A DNA stretch of 64,000 nucleotides, from IMG/VR virus record IMGVR_UViG_3300027418_000370; one strand, written 5' to 3'. The stretch comes from a virus. Of the stretch, positions 55,182 through 64,000 are shown one piece after another. The notes under the pieces were generated by a model. The model did not search any database and was not told the origin of the DNA. It saw only the letters and a list, made by a program, of their open reading frames with translations. Position 1 is the stretch's first letter. Each line of letters starts with the position of its first letter. The position numbers were made by a program, and so were the translations under genes.

Positions 55182-56128
55182 ATGGTAGATTGTAGTTTAT
55201 GTGGAGCGCCTCTTGATGACTTTGGTCACAATCCTTGGCCTCTAGCTCTAAATGAGAAAGAGCGCTGCTGTAATAAATGTAACATGAGTAAGGTAGTACC
55301 TGCTCGACTTGAAATGCTTTATAACAATGGCTGAGAAAAGAGGACATTTAGAGAAATTACTATTCCCATTCAACACCTCAGGAGTGTTGGAAGTTAGCTC
55401 CGATGGAGAAAAATGGTACCGGGTTACGTCTGGACGTTTCCGGAGTTGGGATGGACCTAGACGCATTACCGAACCTACTCGTACGGAGAAGGGCAACCCT
55501 TGGGTACCCATGCGAACCTATTTATATGAAGGCCCTCTCTACATCTACGGAACTAATAAGAGAGCTAAGAAGACTAACTCATTAACATTTATTGAAATAT
55601 GAAACAGTTTAACTTTGACTCCGCAGAACAATTCGAACAATTCTTTACAGGACGTAACCTGGAAGTAGCTGATGCAATCACAGGCGGCATCCGAGTAGCT
55701 GTAACAGCCAAGAAGCGCAATGCAGATCTCTTTGAGGTAGCCTTTGACGGAGATGATAATTACTTTGAGATTGGGTTACCCATCTCAGAATGGCCTGTAG
55801 CGTTAAGCAATTGTATGAACCATTACGAAGAAGCAGAACGCTTTGATGATGCAATTGATACCTTCCAGCTGTTGAAGGAAGTAACCGACCTACTATGAGA
55901 GAACTATTCAGTCGTACAGACAAAGAAGGAGTTACGATTACATACTACACCAATCAAAACAATTCTGTAATCTGGACTGACTCATCTTATCCTCGAAACT
56001 TTAAGAGTTTAGAAGAGCAGTTAGAGGAAGAAAATGAAAAGCTTCCAAAGCATAAGAGAAAGTATCTAGATGATTCGGGAAAAATAATTAGTTACTTAAC
56101 TGCTAAAAAGCAAGGAATAGTTGCCTAA
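55182..56128 (+). CDS. Four small ORFs (55182-55334 Cys-rich Zn finger; 55327-55602; 55599-55898; 55895-56128)
   Basis: Coupled ORFs after promoter with AAAGGTTATG start. Confidence 0.65.
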
Positions 56129-56176
56129 CTGAAATTTAGTTCCTATATTTAAGTATCATTAAAAGTTAAAAGTGTT

Positions 56177-57019
56177 ATGAGTGATATGATGATTTCAAAC
56201 AGCAAAGCTGATCAAGTAATGACTATCGATCAGTTGAAGAAGGAAGTACCATTTGCTTTCTTAGATGCACCAACCCGTCCAGTATCTGATAAGTACGTCC
56301 ACGTTCCTACGAGTCGTGTGATTGAAGACTTAATGTCGATGGGCTGGGAACCCGTCCAGGCAGCGCAGCGTCGAGGACGTGCCGGAAAGACTTCTATGTT
56401 TTCTAAGCATATGATTAAGTTTCAGAATCCTAATCTGATTATTAAAGGTAACGAAGGTGATGATGTCTTCCCGCAAATCATCTTGACTAACTCTCACGAC
56501 GGTACTCAATCGTTTAAGTTCATGATGGGCTTGTATCGTTTGGTATGTAGTAATGGATTGGTAATTGCTGATGAGGAGTTTGCTAGCTTCAAGATCCGTC
56601 ACATGGGTTACTCGTTTGAAGATCTCCAGCAATTGATTACTAATGCTGTTGAGGAGCTGCCTAAAAAGGTAGAGGTTATCAATACTATGAAGAGTGTTGA
56701 GTTGACTGAGAAGCAGCAGAAGGATTTGGCGTTCAAAGCTTTCTTGCTACGTCAAGGCATCGCTCTAGAGTCTGAGCAGGCTAAGGAGGTTAAGATTGCC
56801 GATGAGGTTCTTGAGAACATTCTTGAGACTCAACGAGCAGAAGATGCCGGAAATGATCTCTGGGTTACCTTCAATCGAGTTCAAGAAGCTATCACTCAAG
56901 GAGGCTTCCAGGGTGCACTTCAAGGTGCTAAGATTCGTAAGGTGCGTAAGATTAAATCCTTCGAGAAAGATCTCAAGCTTAATCAGCAACTCTTTGACCT
57001 AGCCCTCCAATATGTCTAG
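56177..57019 (+). CDS. DUF932/DUF945-family protein
   Basis: NSHDGT, GLYRLVCSNG, FNRVQE. Confidence 0.88.
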   Translation: MSDMMISNSKADQVMTIDQLKKEVPFAFLDAPTRPVSDKYVHVPTSRVIEDLMSMGWEPVQAAQRRGRAGKTSMFSKHMIKFQNPNLIIKGNEGDDVFPQIILTNSHDGTQSFKFMMGLYRLVCSNGLVIADEEFASFKIRHMGYSFEDLQQLITNAVEELPKKVEVINTMKSVELTEKQQKDLAFKAFLLRQGIALESEQAKEVKIADEVLENILETQRAEDAGNDLWVTFNRVQEAITQGGFQGALQGAKIRKVRKIKSFEKDLKLNQQLFDLALQYV

Positions 57020-57236
57020 GAAGAAATCTCTCAAAAGGCCTCCCGTTCGATTTAGTATCGACGGGCAGGTCTGGGAAGAGGTTTGTAAAGTCGGAACAAC
57101 TTCCTACGCAGTTAAGATCTGTAAGAAGGGTAATGCCTTCGGAGCAGTAGAGAGATTTTATTAGAAAACTTTTCCGGAAGAGTTGGAGGTACGTGCTTTT
57201 GTTCGTATCTTTAACTTGTTAAAAAAGATAAAGGTT

Positions 57237-57983
57237 ATGAAGAGTTTGTTAGTACAGATGGATGATTTGCAGTTCAATGGTGATCTGTTTCGTCCTATGA
57301 AGACCCGTCGAATGGTTGATCGCTTATTCTCAAGCGAAGGAGGCATCATGCCTGGAACCAATCTAGTTGTTACCGGTGACCCTGGTGTGGGTAAGTCTAC
57401 TGTCTTGCTTGACATTCTCTCTGATCTCCAGAAGGAAGGTAAGAAGGTTTTGTTTATCTCCGGAGAGATGAATGCCATCGACATGTACGGTTACGTTAAG
57501 CGCTTCCCTAAGTTTGGAAAGTTACCTATCTTGTTCTTGGGCGACCACGTTGACAATAAGCCACAGCAAGTTATCGAGAATGTCCTTCAGGAAGGCTTTG
57601 ATGTTGTGTTGATTGACTCATGGGCTGAAGTAACTGAGGTAGTTGCTGATGGTGCTCCAGGCTACGCTTCTAAGAAGAAGATTGATAACTGGATGCTAAA
57701 CCTCATGGAGACTCACAACAAAGGTCTTAACAAAGGAGAGAACAATACTTCATTCCTGGTTATCCAGCAAGTGAATAAGGACGGAAGCTTTGCCGGTAGC
57801 AATCGTATCAAGCATATGACTACTGGAATGTTTCACATCCGCTTCAACAAAGAAGGAGGACGTTACATGTACTTCTCTAAGAATCGCCGCGGAGGAGAAT
57901 CTAATAAGTTCTTCTTCAGCTTGGCTGGACAGAATCAGGTAATGTGGACTCATACTGAATCTCTAAACTCAACTGAAGAATAA
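57237..57983 (+). CDS. RadA/Sms-like RecA-family ATPase (ATPase domain only)
   Basis: GDPGVGKST, SGE, VLIDS, QVNKDGSFAG...H, KNRRG. Confidence 0.82.
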   Translation: MKSLLVQMDDLQFNGDLFRPMKTRRMVDRLFSSEGGIMPGTNLVVTGDPGVGKSTVLLDILSDLQKEGKKVLFISGEMNAIDMYGYVKRFPKFGKLPILFLGDHVDNKPQQVIENVLQEGFDVVLIDSWAEVTEVVADGAPGYASKKKIDNWMLNLMETHNKGLNKGENNTSFLVIQQVNKDGSFAGSNRIKHMTTGMFHIRFNKEGGRYMYFSKNRRGGESNKFFFSLAGQNQVMWTHTESLNSTEE

Positions 57984-58196
57984 TGACTCGAAAGGAATTT
58001 GATGCGATATGGAGTGATGAAGAGCTCCAGCAGATGGGAGTAACTCGAGAGGAGTGGTACAAGGTTCATCTGGAAGAAGAAGCTTATACAAATGCTTGGG
58101 CGGATAGAGTGCGTCACACATTCGAATAATCTTTCCGGAAGAGTTGTCTCCTAAGAGATTAGTTCGTATCTTTAACAAGTTAAAGAAATAAAGGTT

Positions 58197-58421
58197 ATGA
58201 ATAAAACAGATCGATACCCTCAGGGTTACCTTCCAAAAGTTGCCTACCACTTGGCACGTCGTGATTACCAAAAGGCAGAGTACTTTGCTCAACGCCAGAA
58301 AGAGACCTACGGGTCAATTGAACCTCAGGATATGATTAAGATCATGGCAGAGGTTAATCGCATTCAAGATCAATACCAGCAGGAAGAGCGAGAGTTTAAT
58401 TTGCATCTAGGTCGATTCTGA
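58197..58421 (+). CDS. Hypothetical protein
   Basis: Promoter plus AAAGGTTATG. Confidence 0.7.
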   Translation: MNKTDRYPQGYLPKVAYHLARRDYQKAEYFAQRQKETYGSIEPQDMIKIMAEVNRIQDQYQQEEREFNLHLGRF

Positions 58422-58422
58422 T

Positions 58423-58848
58423 ATGCTTTGGAAGTTTACAAATCTAAACAAACATGGACAGCTTAGAAGTAGGATAGTATACTCTGAGGGTGCTCTGACT
58501 ATAGGTCAAGGCTTTGGTCCTTTTATAGGTGTTAGTCGCTTTCGATATCAATCCAGAAGTCCTTATCATGGAGTGTTTATCTCTCCTGTAGACGGAAAGA
58601 AGTATCTGACTCCTGACTGGGTAGAAGTACTTCCGGAAACAACTATAAAGGACTGCTACTATGAAGCTCCAGAAGAGCCGAAAGAGAAACCTCAGAAGTG
58701 GAACTTCAAGAGCGATAGTTCTGATAAGGAATATGTAGTTCGTAGGAATGCTATGGGCAACCTAAGTTGTAACTGTTGGGGATTTATCGCTCATAAAAAA
58801 TGTAAACATGTTAAAAAAGTTTCCGGAGAAGTTGGAGACAAAGGATAA
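58423..58848 (+). CDS. SWIM zinc-finger protein
   Basis: Y.V...SCNC.GF....CKH. Confidence 0.8.
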   Translation: MLWKFTNLNKHGQLRSRIVYSEGALTIGQGFGPFIGVSRFRYQSRSPYHGVFISPVDGKKYLTPDWVEVLPETTIKDCYYEAPEEPKEKPQKWNFKSDSSDKEYVVRRNAMGNLSCNCWGFIAHKKCKHVKKVSGEVGDKG

Positions 58849-58890
58849 AGTTCGTATATTTAACTTGTTAATAAGAAAGAAATAAAGGTT

Positions 58891-59661
58891 ATGAGTATGA
58901 CAGCTATCGCACAATTGGAACTGGTTCGCAACGAGAAAGAAGAGGCTTTGAAGTTATTGACTGACAAGCGAGATATGGAAATGGAGGCAGCTCTTAAGAG
59001 CCTCTTTGAAGGACCTGCTAAGGAGATCGGTCTTATCCAGGAAGGAGTAGAGTTAGAAGTTACTGAGTCCCGAGTATCTTTGAAAGTAAACAAAGAAGAT
59101 TACTTCCGTAATCCAGCTGATATTCGCTTCCAGAAGTGGTACGACGAGCCTATGAAGGCTGAGTTCTCAAGCTACTCTACCAGCGATGTAGTGAGCGCTA
59201 TCTTGATTGGTAAATTTGCTCAAGTAGCAGAGAAGGTTAAGGATCAGGCTATTGTGGCTGTAGAGTCTATCAAAGATGCTCACAAAGAGATTCTAGTAGC
59301 TGCTAACGAAGAGGTTCGTGAATTGAATCGCGCTATCCAAGAGTTGTCGCAGGCAGCTGTAGCTAAAGAGAAAGAGCAGGCATTAGAGAAGCTTAAGAGT
59401 GCAGAAGGTGTTAGCTTTGATCTTCCGGAAGAGTACTGGAAGCAGCCTAAGTTGACTATTCGCTTTGACGGTGAGGTTAATAATGTAACCAACCTAAAGG
59501 TAGTAGGACAGACTGCTAGCGGTAAGAGCTTGAAAGTAGAGATCACTCAGAAGTGGAAAGACTTCAACGGAAACGAGCGATTAAATGTACGTGAAGAGAC
59601 AGTACGTGCAGTGAATGTAGAGAACTTCCTTAAAGAAGCTAACAAGTATGTCGCAGCATAA
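58891..59661 (+). CDS. Hypothetical coiled-coil protein
   Basis: Promoter plus AAAGGTTATG. Confidence 0.75.
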   Translation: MSMTAIAQLELVRNEKEEALKLLTDKRDMEMEAALKSLFEGPAKEIGLIQEGVELEVTESRVSLKVNKEDYFRNPADIRFQKWYDEPMKAEFSSYSTSDVVSAILIGKFAQVAEKVKDQAIVAVESIKDAHKEILVAANEEVRELNRAIQELSQAAVAKEKEQALEKLKSAEGVSFDLPEEYWKQPKLTIRFDGEVNNVTNLKVVGQTASGKSLKVEITQKWKDFNGNERLNVREETVRAVNVENFLKEANKYVAA

Positions 59662-59673
59662 AGAAGAGAAAAG

Positions 59674-59751
59674 GCCGAGGGGCGAGCAGGGGGGCGTTTC
59701 CTCCTCTCGCACCGAAGGTGCCACGCGCATATCTCCGGACCTTTCCTACCG
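59674..59751 (+). repeat. GC-rich structured element, copy 2
   Basis: Homologous to 23255-23334. Confidence 0.8.
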
Positions 59752-59896
59752 AAAGGATAAAGGAGAGCCAACAAAGGCCTCCGGCCTTGAGAAAGAATCT
59801 AGATTTAGAAGAGACAAATCACGTAACTACTCATAAACATGACAAAGACAATAAGCAGCTTAAACGAGGATCCTTTCTTCCGGAACTACGGAAGCT

Positions 59897-60310
59897 ATGA
59901 AGGGAGTGAGAGTAGGAATGGGGGTAATGGGAATGGGTATCATTATGATGACTATGAAGATTTCTCAGATGAAGACTAATAATATGTCAATAGGACCGAT
60001 AGGTGCATTATACGCTCTATTAGAAGAGAATGTAGACAATCTAATGAATCCGGATATGAAAGATAAGGGGTTAAATGAGCCGGGGTTTAAAGCCAAGAGA
60101 GCCAAAGCCTATAGCAAGATTACTAAATCCATAGTATCATGTACCTCGGAGGAACAGCTGGAGGTATGTCTGAGGATGATAGAAAATTATGAGAGACTTA
60201 TGTTAAACTTCTACCTTACCTCCCATCTAACTAAGCAGGAAACTAAGCAGTCTGCTATTGATCTCCTTTCTCTCATTAAGCTAAAACGTAAGCAGATAAG
60301 ACGGAAGTGA
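59897..60310 (+). CDS. Hypothetical protein (true start probably downstream)
   Basis: ORF; N-terminal part low-complexity. Confidence 0.5.
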   Translation: MKGVRVGMGVMGMGIIMMTMKISQMKTNNMSIGPIGALYALLEENVDNLMNPDMKDKGLNEPGFKAKRAKAYSKITKSIVSCTSEEQLEVCLRMIENYERLMLNFYLTSHLTKQETKQSAIDLLSLIKLKRKQIRRK

Positions 60311-60474
60311 AGATTGTAAGAAAACCGTTGCGTATATAATCATATATGGATAGATGGATATAGAGATATAGAAAGCGGTATGGTGTGGGGACTTAAAGGA
60401 ATGATTGAAGTTAAAGTAAAGATTGAAGTACAGGCATGTGCCTCTCCCTTCCGGAAACTTTCCTATATAGAGAA

Positions 60475-60560
60475 AACCGTCCATAGCAAACCGTCCGAAA
60501 ACCGTCCGTGAATAGAAAACCGTTAGCAAACCGTCAGAGCCAACCGTCCAGGCAACCGTC
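60475..60560 (+). repeat. Iteron-like AACCGT direct repeats (7 copies)
   Basis: AACCGT at 60475, 60489, 60500, 60518, 60529, 60542, 60554 (also 60323). Confidence 0.85.
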
Positions 60561-60621
60561 AGGCCAGTCGTCCGTTGGTATGTTAAAGCAAAGATTTAAG
60601 TTAAAGTAAAGCTTTAAGTAT

Positions 60622-60966
60622 ATGAAGTATGTAGTCTATTGTATTATTCTGGAGCATTATAGGGGTACTAATATCTCTCATAGCAAACTTATTAAGGTTG
60701 GTTATTCCAGAGAGAGTGCAAAGTATAGATTGGATGTGAATGAGAGGCTAGAGGGTGATCTTTCCTACCGGGCTCTCTTTGGCAAGATTACTATTGCAGC
60801 AGAGAAGGAGTTTGATACCCAGCAGGAGGCTTTGGCATATGAAGAGAAGCTATTAACGGCATTGGGGAAGAAGGACTGTAGTATATACGAGAAGGTATCA
60901 GGGGTCAAGGAGCTTAGACAATGGAGCCAGGGCAGAGAGGATTTCATACTAGAAGCTCTATCTTAG
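60622..60966 (+). CDS. GIY-YIG/T5orf172-like protein
   Basis: YVVYCI...LIKVGYS...RL...E. Confidence 0.6.
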   Translation: MKYVVYCIILEHYRGTNISHSKLIKVGYSRESAKYRLDVNERLEGDLSYRALFGKITIAAEKEFDTQQEALAYEEKLLTALGKKDCSIYEKVSGVKELRQWSQGREDFILEALS

Positions 60967-61206
60967 TTAAAGTAACACTTTAAGTGGAGTATATAGTTAA
61001 AGTAAAGCTTTAAGTTAAAGTGATGCTTTAAGTCTAGACTATCGCGTACCGGCCCGTCTACTCTTCCGAAGGTATCTCAACTTCAGGCCCGTCATCCTTA
61101 TCAACACCCTTAATATAGGAACAAAGTTTCGGAAAAAAAACTTTTTTTTTAGTTGGAGCTTAAAAAAGTTCTTCCTATATTTAGTTATCAATAAAAAGAA
61201 AAGGTT

Positions 61207-61368
61207 ATGTACTCACTCGATTGCTCTTACTACAAAAAGGAATTCTCTACAGCTCAAGAATTAATGGAGGATGTTTTGGCTTCCGGAATGGATCCGAATT
61301 ATGATTTGTTAAAGAATGGAAAGAAGACTGGAGTTACTTTGGCAGATTTATTTTGGGAAGGTCATTAA
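61207..61368 (+). CDS. Small early protein (not in ORF track)
   Basis: AAAGGTTATG start; MYSLDCSYY... Confidence 0.65.
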   Translation: MYSLDCSYYKKEFSTAQELMEDVLASGMDPNYDLLKNGKKTGVTLADLFWEGH

Positions 61369-61428
61369 AAAAGTTGCTCAATTGAGATTTAGTTCTTATA
61401 TTTAGATATCAATAAAGAAATAAAGGTT

Positions 61429-63758
61429 ATGAACAAGACAGAACAACGCCGATTGAAAGTTAAGACAGCTCTTAACACTCTAGTAGAAAAGTTCAATGCT
61501 TACAGCATCTCAAACGATGATGGTGCTCGATTTGACTTCCATGTTGATTACAAGGACTTTACCTTCCAGGGTCAGATGGATCGCCGAGACCTTCTGGTTA
61601 TGCTCTGGGATACGATTGCACTTTCTGGACCTGGCTTTACAGAAGAAGAAATTTTAAAGCAAGAGTTGGCTGTAGAGTTGGAAGACATTATCAACGAAGA
61701 GTTGGAAGATGCAGTAACAGCGCTGGTCTTCTAGCTCAAAACTTTTTTAACTTTTTCCGGAAAGTAGTTGGTACTTTGAAAAATAGTTCCTATATTTAGA
61801 TATCAATAAAAATAAAGGTTATGACAAATTTTGAAATGATGGAAGGTTTGGTCTTCCGCATCCACGGGGAGCAACTAGCAGAAGGAGTTGAAGGAATTAC
61901 TCTAGAACTGCTTAACGAAGGATTCGATGAAGATGATATTCTAGAATTTCTGGAAAGTAAAGTTCGAACTGCTTTTGAAAATACTTTGAAATTAGTTAAA
62001 AAATAGTTGCCTATTCGAAATTTAGTTCTTATATTTAGTTATCAATAAAAAATAAAGGTTATGACTCCACAGCAACTCTCAACTCAAGTTTACGAAAAAC
62101 TCGTTTCACTGAATTACGCACGCAAAGCGAATTACTTTTCAGAAGCAAACAATACTTGGTTCAATGAATTGGATCAGGAAGTAAAAGATGCAATTCGCAC
62201 TTTCCCGATTCTTTACGTTGATGGTCGAAATGACTTGATGGAAATCGATAACTTGGATGGAAATCAGCAATTCTTTATCTTCAAAAACGACGATGGATTT
62301 TTCTTGGTTGATACCCAGGGTTACAATTACCCGCGTTACATCACTGAGTTGATTTCATTTGATGAAGAAGATGAATCTCAGGCATTTGAATACATGGATG
62401 GGATGATCCGAATCGCTAATGACCAAATCTTCAATTCTGTTGTCCGGAATTTGGTTAGCGATTTGAATGAAGAAGGATTATTCGATAAGTCAGATATCTT
62501 GTCTTTCCTTCAGTTCAAATTGGATATGGCGTTTGAAGCTGCAACAAAAAAACTTTAACTAGTAGTTGTCTAATCGAGATTTAGTTCTTATATTTATCAA
62601 GTTAAATAAAAATAAAGGTTATGAAAGTTAATGTTGGTTTCTTGTTAGCAAGTTTAGGTTGTATTGGTTTGGGTGTAGCTACGATGTTTGGATTTGCTAC
62701 TTCTATTATGGCTGATTCTCTAAACGAAATGCTAGTTTGTTTTATGCTCTTGTTCGGAGGCTTTGTAGGTATCTTTGCTTCCTTTGAGAAGAAGAAGGTT
62801 AAGGTAGTACGTTACGGTGACGAGGTTGTAGTCATCGATGGTGATAAGATCCGGAACGTATAAGGATGATCAAATACTATGTTAAGGTGAAGGGCCAGGT
62901 GGTTGGTCACTTTACCGACTACGAGATAGCTAGGAACTATGCTGACTGGTTACCTTGTAACGATACAGTCTATGTTGAGTCAGAAGAATTCGGATGTGAG
63001 TTCATGAAGTGGAACGACTAAAAATATACAGCCTGCCGGTAGGGCCGTCAATACACCGGTACCTTTATTTATTGATCGAAGGGACAGCTGGCTTATGCCG
63101 GCTCTCCTGGGTTATTTAGATCGAGTATAAATTACACTTTCCGGAAAGAAAGTTTAAAAAAGAGTTGCCTCCTTAAGAGATAGTTCCTATATTTAGATAT
63201 CAATAATTAATAAAGATAAAGGTTATGAACAAGTTTATTACTATCAAAGACATGCGTGATCCAGTTGGTGTTGAAGAGCTGGTTGGACGCTTGACAATCA
63301 TCAATGTAGATCACATTGTGTCGATCGAGGCTGTTGAAGCTCACATCGCTAAAGAGTTGAACTACAAGACAGTATTGACGCTGTCTAGTGGAGGAGTCTT
63401 CTTCCCTATCGAGTCACAAACAGAGATTGTAGAGAAGATCTATGCTGAGTAAGACTATCTTCACAGACTTCGGACCAATCAGTGTCCCAGACTTCACTAA
63501 AGTTAAAAAGAAATAGTTGCTAGTCTGAACTCTCGTTCGTATATTTAGATATCAATAATAAAAATAAAGGTTATGGCAAATATGAGCTACTGTCGATTTG
63601 AGAATACGTTTAACGATTTGATCGACTGCTTTGACAACATTTGGGAAGAAGCTGAGAACATGCGAGACGAAAGAGCTCGCAAACAGATGATTCGCTTCCT
63701 GAAAGAACGTATCGACGAGATAGAAGAGTTGAATGAGGAGTTGGATAATCGAGAATAA
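61429..63758 (+). CDS. Early single-gene cassettes (61429-61734, 61821-62006, 62061-62558, 62621-62863, 63225-63452, 63573-63758)
   Basis: Each preceded by its own promoter/leader; mostly acidic small proteins; 62621 has 2 TMs. Confidence 0.75.
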
Positions 63759-63794
63759 GTTCTTATATTTAGAAACCTTTAACACCAAAGAGAA

Positions 63795-64000
63795 ATGAAA
63801 AACAAAATGGCAAAATTTAAGAAAGGCGACCGAGTTCGCTACATTAGAGAAGTTGGAGATGATGGTGTCGTGTATGGAAGTTTGGGTACTGTAGATGAAA
63901 ACGACAGCATTAGCCCCTATGTGCTATGGGATGAAGCAGATGATGACCGCCTTTGGCCAGCGCACGAATCTGATTTGGAACTTGTAACAAAAGAGAAATG
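63795..64000 (+). CDS. Small SH3/KOW-like protein ending at the window edge
   Basis: KFKKGDRVR...GTV...V.W...E.DLEL. Confidence 0.55.
   Translation, partial: MKNKMAKFKKGDRVRYIREVGDDGVVYGSLGTVDENDSISPYVLWDEADDDRLWPAHESDLELVTKEK

Larger units (their letters stand above)
60391..61033. repeat. Seven 18-bp palindromic repeats (TTAAAG-N5-CTTTAA consensus)
   Basis: Copies near 60391, 60409, 60581, 60599, 60965, 60995, 61013. Confidence 0.8.
61151..63780 (+). promoter_or_regulatory. Tandem array of near-identical early promoter/leader modules
   Basis: AGTTG-N17-TCnTATATTTA...AAAGGTTATG near 61151, 61372, 61766, 62005, 62563, 63163, 63515; promoter only near 63739. Confidence 0.88.

Noticed and set aside
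60391-61033. CRISPR array
   Set aside because: Repeats are 6-21 bp and abutting or irregularly spaced, with no unique 30-40 bp spacers; the Cas4-like gene at 39152 is a common stand-alone phage nuclease
563-63788. Most minus-strand and nested ORFs in the track (e.g. 563-937, 21892-22146, 29936-30313, 59547-59774)
   Set aside because: Antisense shadows of well-supported + strand genes, without promoters or motifs
1-64000. Stop-codon reassignment
   Set aside because: Long conserved genes translate intact with code 11; all three stops end genes; no suppressor tRNA seen

Overview
A 64-kb segment of a large, probably lytic dsDNA phage of a Bacteroidota (probably Flavobacteriia) host. Host evidence is about 30 copies of a TTG-N19/20-TAT(A/C)TT promoter, signal peptides cleaved before Gln, a T9SS C-terminal domain and a TonB-dependent receptor. 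Nearly all genes are on the + strand. Order: nrdA 3' part; small accessory ORFs; a complete 7-deazaguanine module (queC, queD, queE, folE, DpdA3-like TGT, PurN-like formyltransferase, queF) interleaved with thyX, HPRT, a MazG-like pyrophosphatase and a P-loop kinase, ending at a family A DNA polymerase; hsp20/groES/groEL; 7 tRNAs with structured spacers; a TonB-dependent receptor; a secreted/outer-membrane module (cohesin-dockerin-T9SS protein, two CsgG-like paralogues, Gly-rich barrel protein) joined to the lysis genes; a 15-gene glycosylation cluster; an early-gene region with a repeat-rich putative origin or genome end and an array of single-promoter gene cassettes. Most notable: (1) two preQ1-I-like riboswitch aptamers (before folE and before the queD/queE unit) plus a pseudoknot before queC, suggesting RNA feedback control of a phage DNA-hypermodification pathway; (2) the cohesin/dockerin + T9SS + CsgG-like surface module; (3) a covarying ~80-nt GC-rich structured element present twice, 36 kb apart; (4) a long-range 5'/3' UTR duplex enclosing hsp20. 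All calls come from reading motifs by eye; no database searches were run.
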